A stretch of 124,000 nt of DNA from Wallemia ichthyophaga EXF-994 (taxonomy: Eukaryota; Fungi; Basidiomycota): NCBI RefSeq assembly GCF_000400465.1, contig NW_008806281.1, positions 20,001-144,000 on the forward strand, written 5' to 3'. Position numbers and translations under genes: made by a program. Below, in pieces: positions 41,233 through 53,299 of this stretch. The notes under the pieces are model-generated. The model was not told the DNA's origin and searched no databases. It saw nothing but the letters and a program-made list of their open reading frames with translations. Numbering within the stretch: position 1 is the first letter of the stretch; each line of letters opens with the position of its first letter.

Positions 41233-42876
41233 ATGGATTCAAACGAAGTGATCACGCTTGATCACGCAGAGCCCAGCCATTCATCATCGCCGTTAAATAG
41301 ATTACAGCAGTCACCTTCACATTCCAGCCTCGGTGTTTCAAAGTTGCTGTCACTGCCCGCTATCAATCTCAGTCTACACTCGTCTATAGTGTTTCTACAT
41401 CCACGACTCAACGATAACAATGAGGACGATGATGGCAGTGTTAGTCTACCACCACCTTCTTCTGAAGATGAGGATGTTATCCGAGGTGTGGTTGAGCTTT
41501 ACCTGCCATCATCACGTAAAATACACGGGATAGAAGTTAGGTTAATTGGATCTCAATGTATTAACTTCCCGAGTGGTGCATACGAGACTTTTCCAGTTCT
41601 CGACAAGTTTGTCGAGATAGATAAGACTTATTTGGAGAAAGGCACGCATAAATTTGAGTTTTCAATTATTATTCCATCTTCAACGCCGGGGTATGAGAGG
41701 TGCGCCTATGGGCGGGTGTACTACTATGTACGAGCCAAAGCGATAAGTGCAGGACCGCTCGGATTTGATTTAACGGATTCGAGGGAGGTGCTACTCGTTA
41801 TTAACCCCAATCCTGAAGGAGAACCGAGTGGATTGAGCTGGCACCACGATCAGATAATCGACGGTCTTGGAGCTATGTCTATAGATGTAGAATCTACCCA
41901 TCTTACTATCGGCGGACCTGTTCATTTACGCCTCCACCTCCACGAACCACCAAAGGGCGCCACGTTGCATTGCATCAATGTGTCGTTGCTGCAATATATC
42001 ACTCTGCGCAATAGAGATAGGAGTAAGGAGGAGAAAGCACCGGCTGTAGCTGTGAAATTCTTTCAACTTGGTTCGAGGAAACACGAGCCACTGCTCAGTC
42101 CATATGAGGAAGTGGACGAGGATGGATGGAAGCATGAGTGGATAGGCAGACTACCTGACGACGACCACGCCCGTCCGAGCACAGTCAAGACCAACAAAAC
42201 ATCCATCATCATCTCACATCAGTTGCTAGTACAGATATTCGTCACACCGTCCAACCTAGACGGAGAGCACGTGCGCGATAAAGATGATAAATCGCAGATG
42301 AAAGTTATAAGCATACGTAGACCTATCTTCGCCAGTAGCTGCTGCGTGAGTCTCGACTCAATCACACTGCCCGCTTATGAAGAGGTTGCACCCAGTCAAG
42401 ATGTAATGTACGAGTGTGCATGTGGTCAGCCGTTGAAATCACTTATTGCTAAAGAAACAGCGGTACCGCAAACGGGATCGGGTGGGGTAATGTCAATGTC
42501 AAGTGGTGGCATGCATGGTGGTATGCCAGGCACATCTGATCTCAGTAATGCTCTGCTACCTATCGCACAGGAGCAGGAAGATGAAGAGAAGGCGAGACTG
42601 GCTAATGAAGATGGCAGACAGGGTAGAACTCATGCGCGATTCGCTGATAATTATGTTAGCAGACAGCAGTCGAGAGATAGCTCCCTTAATAGAAACACAC
42701 GCTCTAGGTCACGCCCTTCATCCATCACATCGCCATGTATAGAACCCTCACCGTCGTCACAGTCACTCTCACGTGAAGCTAGATCTAGATCAAGGAATTG
42801 GTTCAAGCGCGCCACTTCAAGATCTACCTCAAGAGCTAACAGTAGAGCTCCTTCACCGGCTAGACGTAATTCGTAA
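41233..42876 (+). CDS. Arrestin-domain protein (ART-type adaptor)
   Basis: GTHKFEFSIIIPSSTPGYERCAYGRVYY, LPAYEE PY-like motif. Confidence 0.8.
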   Translation: MDSNEVITLDHAEPSHSSSPLNRLQQSPSHSSLGVSKLLSLPAINLSLHSSIVFLHPRLNDNNEDDDGSVSLPPPSSEDEDVIRGVVELYLPSSRKIHGIEVRLIGSQCINFPSGAYETFPVLDKFVEIDKTYLEKGTHKFEFSIIIPSSTPGYERCAYGRVYYYVRAKAISAGPLGFDLTDSREVLLVINPNPEGEPSGLSWHHDQIIDGLGAMSIDVESTHLTIGGPVHLRLHLHEPPKGATLHCINVSLLQYITLRNRDRSKEEKAPAVAVKFFQLGSRKHEPLLSPYEEVDEDGWKHEWIGRLPDDDHARPSTVKTNKTSIIISHQLLVQIFVTPSNLDGEHVRDKDDKSQMKVISIRRPIFASSCCVSLDSITLPAYEEVAPSQDVMYECACGQPLKSLIAKETAVPQTGSGGVMSMSSGGMHGGMPGTSDLSNALLPIAQEQEDEEKARLANEDGRQGRTHARFADNYVSRQQSRDSSLNRNTRSRSRPSSITSPCIEPSPSSQSLSREARSRSRNWFKRATSRSTSRANSRAPSPARRNS

Positions 42877-42952
42877 AATGTATTTGTAGATTTTAGTTTA
42901 AATATCCACGCATAGCATATTGTAATGTAATCGTTTTACTCGAGTGCTATAG

Positions 42953-43824
42953 TCACTGTGGTATAGTAATGACTTGCATGCCTATCCACTGACAATTAGG
43001 TTCAAGGGAGTAAAAGTCATTGACGTGTCCAGGTTCAACGCAAACGAATTGATTCCAACCGTTTTTGTGCATATCTGACATATTCTTTGCGCTTTCCTGA
43101 GGAGTGTGTTAGAGAAAGACGGATGAAAGGCACTCCATCACCAACTTACACTCGGATTCCACACAACAGTGTCTGGAAAGTTGTGTTTGCGAATTTTAAC
43201 GCCATTTGAGAGTTGCAAGTGGTCGTTAGTAGAGAGGTATACCGAGTCAGTGAGATTGTTTGCATGAACAATATCGCGTGATTCGATCACTTTGTTACTT
43301 GAAGCTGTCTTATCGAGGTAAGTGGCACCATTCAATCCAATAACGCCGACGTTGTGTGGGTTAGCGAGGTGATAAGTGTGGAGTAGAGCCTGGAAGGGGA
43401 GAGACTGAGTGGATGAAGGGTTGTGGACGTGAAGGGTGGAGGTAAGTTGATGGGCGGAGAGAGTGACAGTGTAAGTGAGAGTAGCTGGAGGGAGTTGAGG
43501 AGGGGAGTTGAGTGATAGTTTGATAGAGACACCGTCGTCGGAGTCCATAATCGGGCCATCGTAAGACCAATTCGAAATACGGGCGTAACCGTGTTGAGGG
43601 AGTTGTTTGTAAGGGCCATCAGAGGGAGGTTTACCGAAAATAGGGAATGCAATTGGTATACCGCCTCTAATTGCTTTATTGGGTTGACAGTTGTTTGATA
43701 AGAATAAGAGTTGGTTACCGTGGGAGTCCTTAAAGGAGGTGATTGTGGCACCCAGTGTAGACACAGTGGTTGAGTTGCCGGTAGAATGAATTAAATGGAT
43801 TTTATCATTCTCAAGTGAAATCAT
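42953..43824 (-). CDS. Glucose-6-phosphate 1-epimerase (aldose 1-epimerase family)
   Basis: GATITS, AIRGGIP, QHGYAR, ALLHTY, VWNP and after an intron FVCVEPG. Confidence 0.92.
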
Positions 43825-43845
43825 TCTGATTCTTATTCAATTACA

Positions 43846-46433
43846 ATGGTGGTTGAAGATGAAGAAGTAAACAAAAAGCTGGGAATGTTGACAGTGGATG
43901 CACTAAAGAATATTATTAGAAGTTTAAATTCGCATTTAAAATTAAAACTCAGATTATCTGGCAATAAATCTGATTTCATTGATAGAATTGAGGACACTGT
44001 TGATCATTATAAGTTTAATAATAAAGCCAATTGGGATATTACAAGGGATATTATAACCCAGATTTTCAACACTGGTACTTATTCACGGCCTGCTAATGGT
44101 TCTGGTCCGAGGCAGCAACCACAGCAGCCACAGCAACCACAGCCACCAGTACAACCACAACCAAAACCACCTACACACCCTTCCCTCACCTGGAAAACAA
44201 ACCCCTTTCAATCCATTATCAAGCAAATTTCCCACGTCGCTGTCCTCAACGAAGCCAGAGACAGATCCCTTAGAAGTGCCCTATTGGAGTTTAAAATCCC
44301 ACCCGACTACTCCCAGCAACTTTATCAATCTAGAATTGTCCCCTCAAACCCCGTCCGTCATCAACTCAGAATCTACGCGGCTTCCTCTGACTTTTACAAG
44401 CCCCCCCTCTTCGATCAACCCCTCCCAATCGATTTTCCCGTTCTTTGCGACCTTAAAATTAACGGAAACCCTCTCAAATCAAACACAAGAGGCGTTAGGA
44501 ATCAACCTGGCACCGCTGCTCCTCCCAACGCTGATTCTGATAAATCCCTTCGCATCTCTCCAAACGCTTCAAACACCCTTGAAGTCGTTTATAGAGATAC
44601 TAACAAGAAACATTACATTGTCATTAACCTCGTCGAGCAATACAGTTGTGATCATTTGGTTAACTTGGTTAAACAGCAACCTCAAATTCCTTCTTCTGAT
44701 GTCTTAGATAAGTGTAAGTGAAGATTGTCACCCCACTCCATCCATCTCTTAGCCCTTTCACAGACCGTTCAATGCAAGATAACGACGATGTCGTCGCAGG
44801 TGCTTCCACACTCAGCTTGAAATGTCCCATCGGTTTCTTCAGAATGAACACTCCAATACGTCCAACCTCCTCTCAATCTCTTCAATGTTTCGATGCCATG
44901 TCCTTCTTTTCTATCAACGAGCAACTACCAACTTTCACCGACCCTTCATCAAAGAAACCAATCAAGTTCAACGATCTTGCAGTCGATCAATACACGTACG
45001 ACATACTCCAAGCCATCCCACAAGATTACGGTAGTGTGATTGTTGAACCAGACGCTGAATGGCACACTGAAGATGGCAAATACGGTTCAGATGCATGGAT
45101 GGCTGCAAAATTGGCTAATAACACATCTCATCCTTCTCACGACAAGCAGTCAACTGACAAGTCAGAAAGTTTAATCAAATCGGGTAAAAAGGTTAAAAAG
45201 GAAAAATCTGCTGAAATTCTTAACCTTTCCAGTGACGATGAGGAGACTGATCATAGTGCTGTTGCCGCTGGTTCGTCTAATCAACCACCTTCAATCACTC
45301 CCCAGTCACGTCAAAAGCTGCCAAAACAACAGGTCATTGATTTGACACTGTCGTCAGATGATGAGGGTGATCAAAGGGTGAATCCAAACAATACTGGTGA
45401 TGAAACTCGAGATACTACAAACACCCAAGATACAACCAACACTCAACATACTCCCAAAGCCCAAGATCCTGCTCAAGAAACAACCGCTCACAACTCCCTC
45501 AAGAGGAATAGAGAAGAGGAAGAGGAGAGTGCGAATGAGTGTGAAAAGAGGAGGCTGATTGAAAATGGTAATGCGGTTAGTGTGACTGAGAATGGTAATG
45601 GTGGTGTTGGTGGTGGTACTAATGCAGTTACACCAAATCCATCGAGCAATTTGCAGTCGCCAGCAGTAATTGAAAGACCACCTAGTGCAACACAAGATAT
45701 CCCACCAGCAATACAGCAAGCACAAGAAGAAATGCCATCACAGAGCAATACGCATATACAAAATGAGGTGCCTCTCAATCAACCAGAAAGGTCACCAAGT
45801 GTGCAAAAGTATAGATCCCAGAGCGATGTGCAAGATACGCCACATTACAATAACAGTCCCAGTAATATTCACAGTCTTAATAATCTGCCAGAAAGGCCAC
45901 TGGGCAATCCACCTGTCAGACACGTATCAGCACCACAAACTTCCTCTATTTCGTCGCTGGTATTGCCAAATTCTGGCCCACCAGGAGCAGCACCAGCAGC
46001 ACCATCACCGCCACGACCATTGACACCACAACTCCAATCTAGGAACTCGAGTATTGCGACTATGACAAGGCCGTCAATTAGCTACCAGCAACCCCAACCA
46101 TATAGACCATACTCAATTGCTGGTTTGGCACATACGCAGCATCCACCGCTGGATATGACAGCCCAGACGGCACAAGAGCCAATACATCAACCTATACATC
46201 AGCCTCGATTCGGCGGTTTACAACCCATACTAAATACTCAAGTTCCGCAAGTATCGCAAGTACCACAAGTGCCGCAAGCACCCCAATCTCCGCAAGTACC
46301 ACAAGCTCCGCAAGCTCACCACGGACTTCCCCTGCCTAGACCGACATACGCTAAACCTCCTACGAATCCAATCTACAGACCACCGTCGCAACGCAACGGC
46401 AATGGCAGCGCTAGCAACTACAAGACGTGGTAG
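43846..46433 (+). CDS. SIZ1: Siz/PIAS-family SUMO E3 ligase (SAP-like, PINIT, degenerate SP-RING)
   Basis: LKLRLSGNKSDFI, PINIT-like GVRNQPGTAAP, SLKCPI..FRM.TP.R...LQCFDA..F..INEQ. Confidence 0.85.
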
Positions 46434-46539
46434 TGGTAGCGTTTCAGCGTGTTAGCGCGTCTGAGCAAATAACACGTCTAATTATTTAATTCCTTTGTTG
46501 TATTGTAGCTGTAAATGATAAGCTTATCGGTTGACGGTC

Positions 46540-49500
46540 ATGTTCGATTCATTCCCCGATATATTTGGTGGTAACGGTAGTGGCGGCGGCGGCGGCAGTG
46601 GCAGCAGTAGACACAAAGACGAAAGAAAAGCGAGAAATAGAGATGAAGATACACGCAGGCAGAGAAGGCACAGCGATAGAGATAGAGACAGGCAGCGGCG
46701 TAAGAGGAGGGAACTAGAGCGATACAATGAGGATTACGACAATAATCGATCGATTTCAAATACCACCGACTTCCGCCCACCAAAGCTCACTCACGACGAT
46801 AAGCGTTTCTTCTACACAAGCTCATTTCCTGAGAATAACCTTCTTCTTCTTGAGGGTCCTGAAATATCTACCATTCCGCGATATCGACGCTCTGGGCGTG
46901 AGTTTACTTACGGAGTTTCTGTCATGGTGCGTATGTGCTAACAATGCAATCCAACAGGCGGAAGAGTACTAGGCTTGCCTAGAGATATGCGCATTAGTGA
47001 AAAGGTGCATTACACGACGCGCAACATTATCCTCCCGTCTTCCAATGCATTGCGATCGCTGCGATCATCCAAGACACGTATGCCTGCACCCGAAAGCGAC
47101 GTGAGGCGGATAAGGTGTTCGAATAGTGACCTAAAAACAGGAGATGATTTCGTACCTGTTGTAAGTGATCGCAGGAAGGCTAAAGAACGAGAGGCGCATC
47201 AACGTGGCTTCCTCACGCTCGATGTGGACTATAGGGGAGTGAAAGGACCCTCAAAACCTGGCGCTATCGATGAGGATGTACACCCTTCTTACAGCGATGA
47301 CAGTAGCGAAGAAGACTCCAACAACACAAGGTACAACGACACACTCAACAAACGAATCGAATGGGATAGATATCTCAAAGCCTCCCCACAAGACGTGCAG
47401 GGTTGGTTGGATTATGTTGATTTTCAAAGCGATATTGTCACCCATCAGCATAACGAATTCAATAGAAAAACTGCTCAGAACGTCGTCTTGGATTTACAAT
47501 ACCAGGTGCTCGACAAGGCGCTCTCGCATCAGCCGCGCAATTTGGATCTAGTCGTAAAGAAGCTGCAATGCGGTGCGAAGGGATCGCGCGAGGGTTTGGG
47601 AAAAGATTTCAGAATTGCCATTCACAACCACAAAGGCAAGCCTGGTGTGTATAGAATATGGAAAGCTTACATAGACTACGCTCAATGTTACGCTTCAATC
47701 ATAGCACCTGGGGAATTATTCCCTAATGAGTACGACAGCTTGTGCTCATTCGAGATTGTGTCCAGGATTTATATGGACGCTTTTCGTGATTTGATTGATA
47801 TGTCTGATCTGACTCATCTGGCTGATATTGCAGCTGAAGACAACCTTCTTCAACTCTTCTTCAGATACTGCTCATTCCTCTTAAGCGCAGGATACACTGA
47901 ACGTGTATACTCCCTTTACCAAGCAATGTTTGAACTTAATTTTAGAGGCGTCCATCTGAACAAGCTTGGTGAGCTGTGGTATGACTACAAGTATAGGCGT
48001 GTTGGGGACGAGCTGACTGATGCTGAGGACGTTTATCAATTAGAGTACCCCACACACCCCAACTTTCAGCTGGAGGAGTGGCATGAGTACGAGAAATTCA
48101 ACGATGACATTGACAACGCTTTCCCTGTCGCTGGCGAGCAGAATAATAGTGATGATCCGTTTAGGAATGTTATATGGGAAGTTGACTTGTTACCATACCT
48201 GTTCAGCCTGCGTGGCTATAGCAGCAGAATGAGGCTAGCTGATAGCTTGCTAAATGTCTTTGGTATAGGTGTTGCTCTTAGCGGGTTGAACACGAATCAC
48301 CCTCTTCTCCATGACTCCCTGTTGCAGGGATCATCCAATTACAACGAGTTTTTTGAAGATAGCAGTCACTTATCCTTCAATCAACCGCAATACGTCAACA
48401 CACTCTTCCCATTCAGTGATTGTCCAACTATAATTCACAACGAGCATTTGGGAAATTTGCAGAGGATTATAGATGATTTGGGCATAACACATTTACAGAT
48501 GTTGCTATGTAAAGACGACAATCGCAAACTCAAACACTTGCTCGCGGCAAACCCTGACAAAAAGGATCTATACGATATATACGCAAGGATCCAATACGGC
48601 AAGGGTAAAATAGAAGCTGCTAGAAAGGTCTACAGCGAATGTCTGAAAGGTACAGGTGATGATGAGACCAACAAAGTCAAATTATGCTACAGTTGGTCGC
48701 ATATGGAGTTGGTGCAAGGTAATCGGAATGCTGCTCTGAATGTCTTGTGTGATGGTATTACCGTTGGAGTCGTCGATGATGGTGAGTTAGGTGATAGGCT
48801 GGTATTGATTATCCTGACTAAAACGTCTTAAGTCACTAGAGAGCAGAGTTCAATTAACATACTTAAAGCTCGCAAATTGTGGTCTTCGCAAGATTCATCA
48901 GCAGCTTTTGAGGCTGTCAGCTGTCGTGCTCTGTTTGAACTTCTCGTCAGCAGCTCGGTAGATAAAGCCGTGTCTATTTATGAGGAGTCACTGAAAAATC
49001 TTGACAAGCCATCATACGCTCATGAAGTGCTAACGTCGGAGCTGGTGCGTTTTGTTGATGCGCTAGATAAGTTGCATGACGCAGATAGATCTGTGCAGTT
49101 ACCATCGACCAGCACCACAAAGCGTATACTTAGAGGCGCTATCAGTGAATATCCCTACAATAGCTTCTTTAGCTACTCATACTACACTGCCAAAACTAAG
49201 CTCGATGGATATAGGCAGCTGTTTGACGAAGAAGTAGCCGAGAATGCACATTCGGTGGTTTACATACAAGCCGTGATGAACATTATGGATAAGAAAAGAG
49301 TTAGCAATACATCCTTGTTGAATCGGGTGAGGAGGGTGTTTACGATGGGCACTCTATCGCAGGATGCGCAACACTCTGTCGCGCTTTGGAAGCTATACTT
49401 TCAGTTCGAGTGGCATGTTGCAAGCGATTATAAGTTAGCCGAGCAGGTGATAATCAACAGTCTTAGATATTGCCCGTGGTCGAAACAGCTCCACATGCTG

Positions 49501-49698
49501 CTCTTCGATCTGTCCAACAAGACTCAAGTGGAGAGCCATTTGCTGCAGGTGCTCACGCTTATGGATAAATATGGCATGCGGCTCCGTATTGACCCTTCGC
49601 CATATATTAGGCGAGCTGTTGAGTTGGAGATTAGCAAAGGTGAGGGATTGCATGTGGAGCCATTGAGCGAAAATAGTGATGAAGAAATGTTCATGTAG
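46540..49698 (+). CDS. NRDE2: NRDE-2 / Nrl1-like HAT-repeat protein
   Basis: IPRYRRSG..VLGLP, WLDYVDFQ, AGYTERV...QAMFELNF, A.RVY, ALWKLY..FE, CPWSKQL. Confidence 0.85.
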
Positions 49699-49724
49699 AA
49701 ATCCATTCATTTGATGCGCATATT

Positions 49725-50437
49725 TCACAGCGCTATCCCACCTTCGACTGCGTAATAGCCTTCTGGTGTTGTGGTTCCGACTGCGGCAATTTCGATGCGC
49801 TCAAAAGGGTATGGACCACCAATGTTCAAATCTCCGAGAGACTTTTGCACGCTGCTGTAGGAAAAATTTGGCCTCTTCAGCTTCTTCTGCGTGCTTGATG
49901 TTTTTAGAATTGTGCAATGCAACTAGGAGATAGATTAGATGTTTTGTATTTCGATTAGTTGACCCACAGTAGGCGGACCTGTATCGCTAAGCAAACCCTC
50001 TTCTCTGAATTTCTTCCTCACAATCCCCGACACTATGTCTAGAATACCGTTCTCAGACGGCCTATAGTAGAGGACGCGTGCATTATCCTCATTAGGGAAG
50101 CATCCCAGATTGTTCATATGTATAAGGTTGTTATGTGATAGCAATTTGATGATGTCGGGTTTGAGCGAATCAAGCAGAGCGATCGCCGTGGGTATGGTGG
50201 TTTCAGATAAGCGCAACAGTCCTAATGTGAAGTGAAGCTTAGTCGATTTTACGAAGTCCTCCTCTTTGATGCCGTCTATCTCGACTTGGATAAGTTTCGC
50301 TCGTATCTGGTTGAGACGTGGCCGAATGGATGTCAATCTGGTCTATTGTCTTGTTACATAGGTGCACCGATACACCAACTACCTACCAACGGTACGCTTA
50401 TAAAATGAGTAGGCTTCAGATCTTTACTTTGGGGCAT
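49725..50437 (-). CDS. AKAP7/ASCC1-like 2H phosphoesterase-fold protein
   Basis: KPTHFISVPL, KLHFTLGLL (HxT motif). Confidence 0.7.
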
Positions 50438-50752
50438 GAGGAGTGACGGAAATAACTTAGAATTAGGCTGGATTTGTGATTATATAGGACAGTTTCCTCA
50501 ATTTTTTGGAATCAGCTCACGCTCTTTGCTGACTGCTTCCTTTTCGTCGGAAGTCTACCGGAAACTTCCGTAAATGTATAATAAATTAAGAAGTATGTAA
50601 TATGCATTTGATAGTAAGGCAGCGTTAATTTTGTAGCTTTAAAAAATGTCCATATTAAATTTGAAAGAGGAACCATAACTGGCTGAAAAATTGAGCAATA
50701 TGTATTCAAATATTTTTGTTTTTAATTGAGTGTTTCTCGCTACGGTTATCAA

Positions 50753-50825
50753 GCCTTGCTAGCTCAATCGGTAGAGCGTGTGACTCTTAATCACAAGGCT
50801 GCGGGTTCGAGCCCCGCGTGGGGCT
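50753..50825 (+). tRNA. tRNA-Lys(CTT), copy 2
   Basis: Identical to copy 1 in opposite orientation. Confidence 0.95.
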
Positions 50826-51014
50826 AATATTTTTGCAGTCCACAAAATTATCGGAAAACATTCAATATGATATATTCAAGGCAGCCTATGTTATTTATAG
50901 TCAAAAAAAGTTATTTTTAGAGTGATGATATTTGCTTAATTAGTAGTCCAACTCAGACTACGCTACGTTTGATCATGATGAATGACTCTTGATTAAGGCC
51001 GTGATCTTTAAGAA

Positions 51015-52946
51015 ATGATAAATGAAATTCCCGAGGAAACAATTAAAGCGAGAAAGCACGAGCTAATGCAAAGATTACTTCTACATCATAAGAGTCTGTT
51101 CAGTTGCCGTCAGTGCAGTCATTTCAATTGCATAACGTTCAACCGCAATCCTCGTCTGTCGCCATCTCACGGAGCCTTTCTCTGCTCTTGCATGTATATT
51201 CGCGATGATTGCCAATGCTTAAGTTTTCAAGACGTCGATGTATTGCTTCAGAAGGCAGAGAGGATGGGACTAATCTCAGTGCCGCGAAATGTGAGTACAG
51301 GGACTATTAGCCTAGTATATTATTTTTTTGACATTGTTTAGGGCATATTCAATGTCCAAAGCAATGGTCAAGCCAGTACTTCGAGAAATGTTATCGATGA
51401 AAGCCAAACAGCGCCACAGTTGCAATTACAGCAGAAAGAAGAGCAACAGCTACAACAGCAACCACAACAACAACCACAAGTACAGACACCATCGCGGGCA
51501 AATGACACGAGCAATCACAGAAGGGACATCCTCAGTATGACAACTCAAAAGATCCCCGATGAATTGAACGCCGCCAACATAAAACGTCTACAAATTACGA
51601 TAGAGAAGGGCATTATTCCAATCGTACAGGATTCGGTTTTGCCTATCATTAAGCGATACGTTCATAAACACGGCGAGAATTATCATTCGCAAGGCAACAC
51701 CTTATTTACAGAAATCTTCACCATAGTAAACGACCTTATCACACCCATGATCCAATCAACGATGGAGAAAGTGAGCGCTCAGCACATTACTCAACTGGTA
51801 TCGAATTCCATCAATACTACGATTTCTACCTGTTATTTGGACAACATCGACTCTAATGGTGTGGATTTCTTACATAATACTCATAAAATGCGCCATCAAA
51901 ATCAATTAAATCAACAAAGTGCGATTAATGCACAAAACAACGGCCTACAGTCAACCTGGTTGAGCAGTACAAGAAGTACCCCCTCTAAGCAGGATCAACG
52001 CAAACGTACTCGCAGAAGTAATGAGAATGATGAGCAGATTGCTGACGCCAATTCGAAACAAAATGATAATGACGAAGTGCACTTTCTCTCACACTCCAAA
52101 AACACATCTCCAATCAGTCAAGAGGTCCTTAAGAGTCTTTCAGATTTCAGAAATCATCTAGAGAAAAACATCAGAAGTAACATAGATATAGTCAAACAAC
52201 AGGAGTTGCACACCAGTAAACTCAAGGAACTCGAACATGTTTCCCGAACCTTGAACATTCGAACCAGTGCTACTCAAGAGTGGCGTAGCCAAACACAAAC
52301 ATGCATAGAGAGGTTGAGCCGAAATGAGCTAAGTATTAAGAATGCATCTAGAGCATTTGATAATATGACAGCTCGAATGGACGCCATGAATCTTCAATTG
52401 ACACAAGTGGATCAGCGTCAGTCGACATTAAGACGCACAGATTCCAATCAAGCGCAAGGTGACACCGAAAATTTCAAAATAAGTGCCATCGAAAATCTTT
52501 TGGAAAAGATGGGTGAGCGAATAACCTCAATCGAGAATACAAAAGTGGCCATAGGCGGGACGAAGCTGCAGAGCGCCGCAGAAAGCAGAAGCTCGACTCC
52601 TCAGCAGCAAGAAAAAGGGCTGGAGGACAGGCTGATGAAGAAGATTAGCAGTCTAGAGGAAAAGGTGAAGGAAAAGATTATCGAAATCAGACGAGACGCA
52701 AGCCAGCAGCAAGAAGATTTACACAAAAATCTTCTTGAGATGGTGCAAGCGAAGCTTAAGGAGCACTTTGCTGGTATAGACGAATCTAACAGCGGATTTC
52801 AGGACAAGCTGCAATCTCTTCGCGATGAACTGAAAGAATCAATTTTTGAGACGTTTGAGATCCAGAGGGAGAACAGCAGTAAGCAAGAAAGGAGAATAGC
52901 CGATCTTGAAATTGCGCTGAATAAATCATATGAACAAAGCTGGTAA
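51015..52946 (+). CDS. Orphan coiled-coil protein with Cys-rich N-terminus
   Basis: CRQC...C...CSC....DCQC N-terminus, long Q/E/K-rich ORF 51420-52946. Confidence 0.55.
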
Positions 52947-53112
52947 TAGAGGTGGTAACTTCAGAAAGTTGTAATTTTATATTTATGCTTGCTTTTTTGA
53001 AAGAGAGTACGTGGTCTTTTTGGCATGATTGATAGTGACGCGTTTGACATTACAAAACCATATCGTTTTTAACTTTGTGGAAGCAAAAATATTCAAAACT
53101 TTAGTTAGTAAA

Positions 53113-53215
53113 AGCTTTCGGCCGGAATCGAACCGGCGACCTCCGCGGAGCAACTAATCATCTCAGTAGATGAGCCGATGTTAACACGGCGCTATAACCC
53201 CTAAGCCACGAAAGC
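53113..53215 (-). tRNA. tRNA-Val(AAC) with 30-nt intron (53149-53178)
   Basis: Acceptor GCTTTCG/CGAAAGC, anticodon stem CCGTG/CGCGG, loop TT-AAC-A|C, T-arm GCCGG-TTCGATT-CCGGC; 73 nt after splicing. Confidence 0.8.
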
Positions 53216-53299
53216 GATGGTTATGGAGTACATTTTGCTATATAGCATGTTTGTTTTCCAATCTCGATACAATCCAAAAAAATGAAAGTTTGAAAATAA

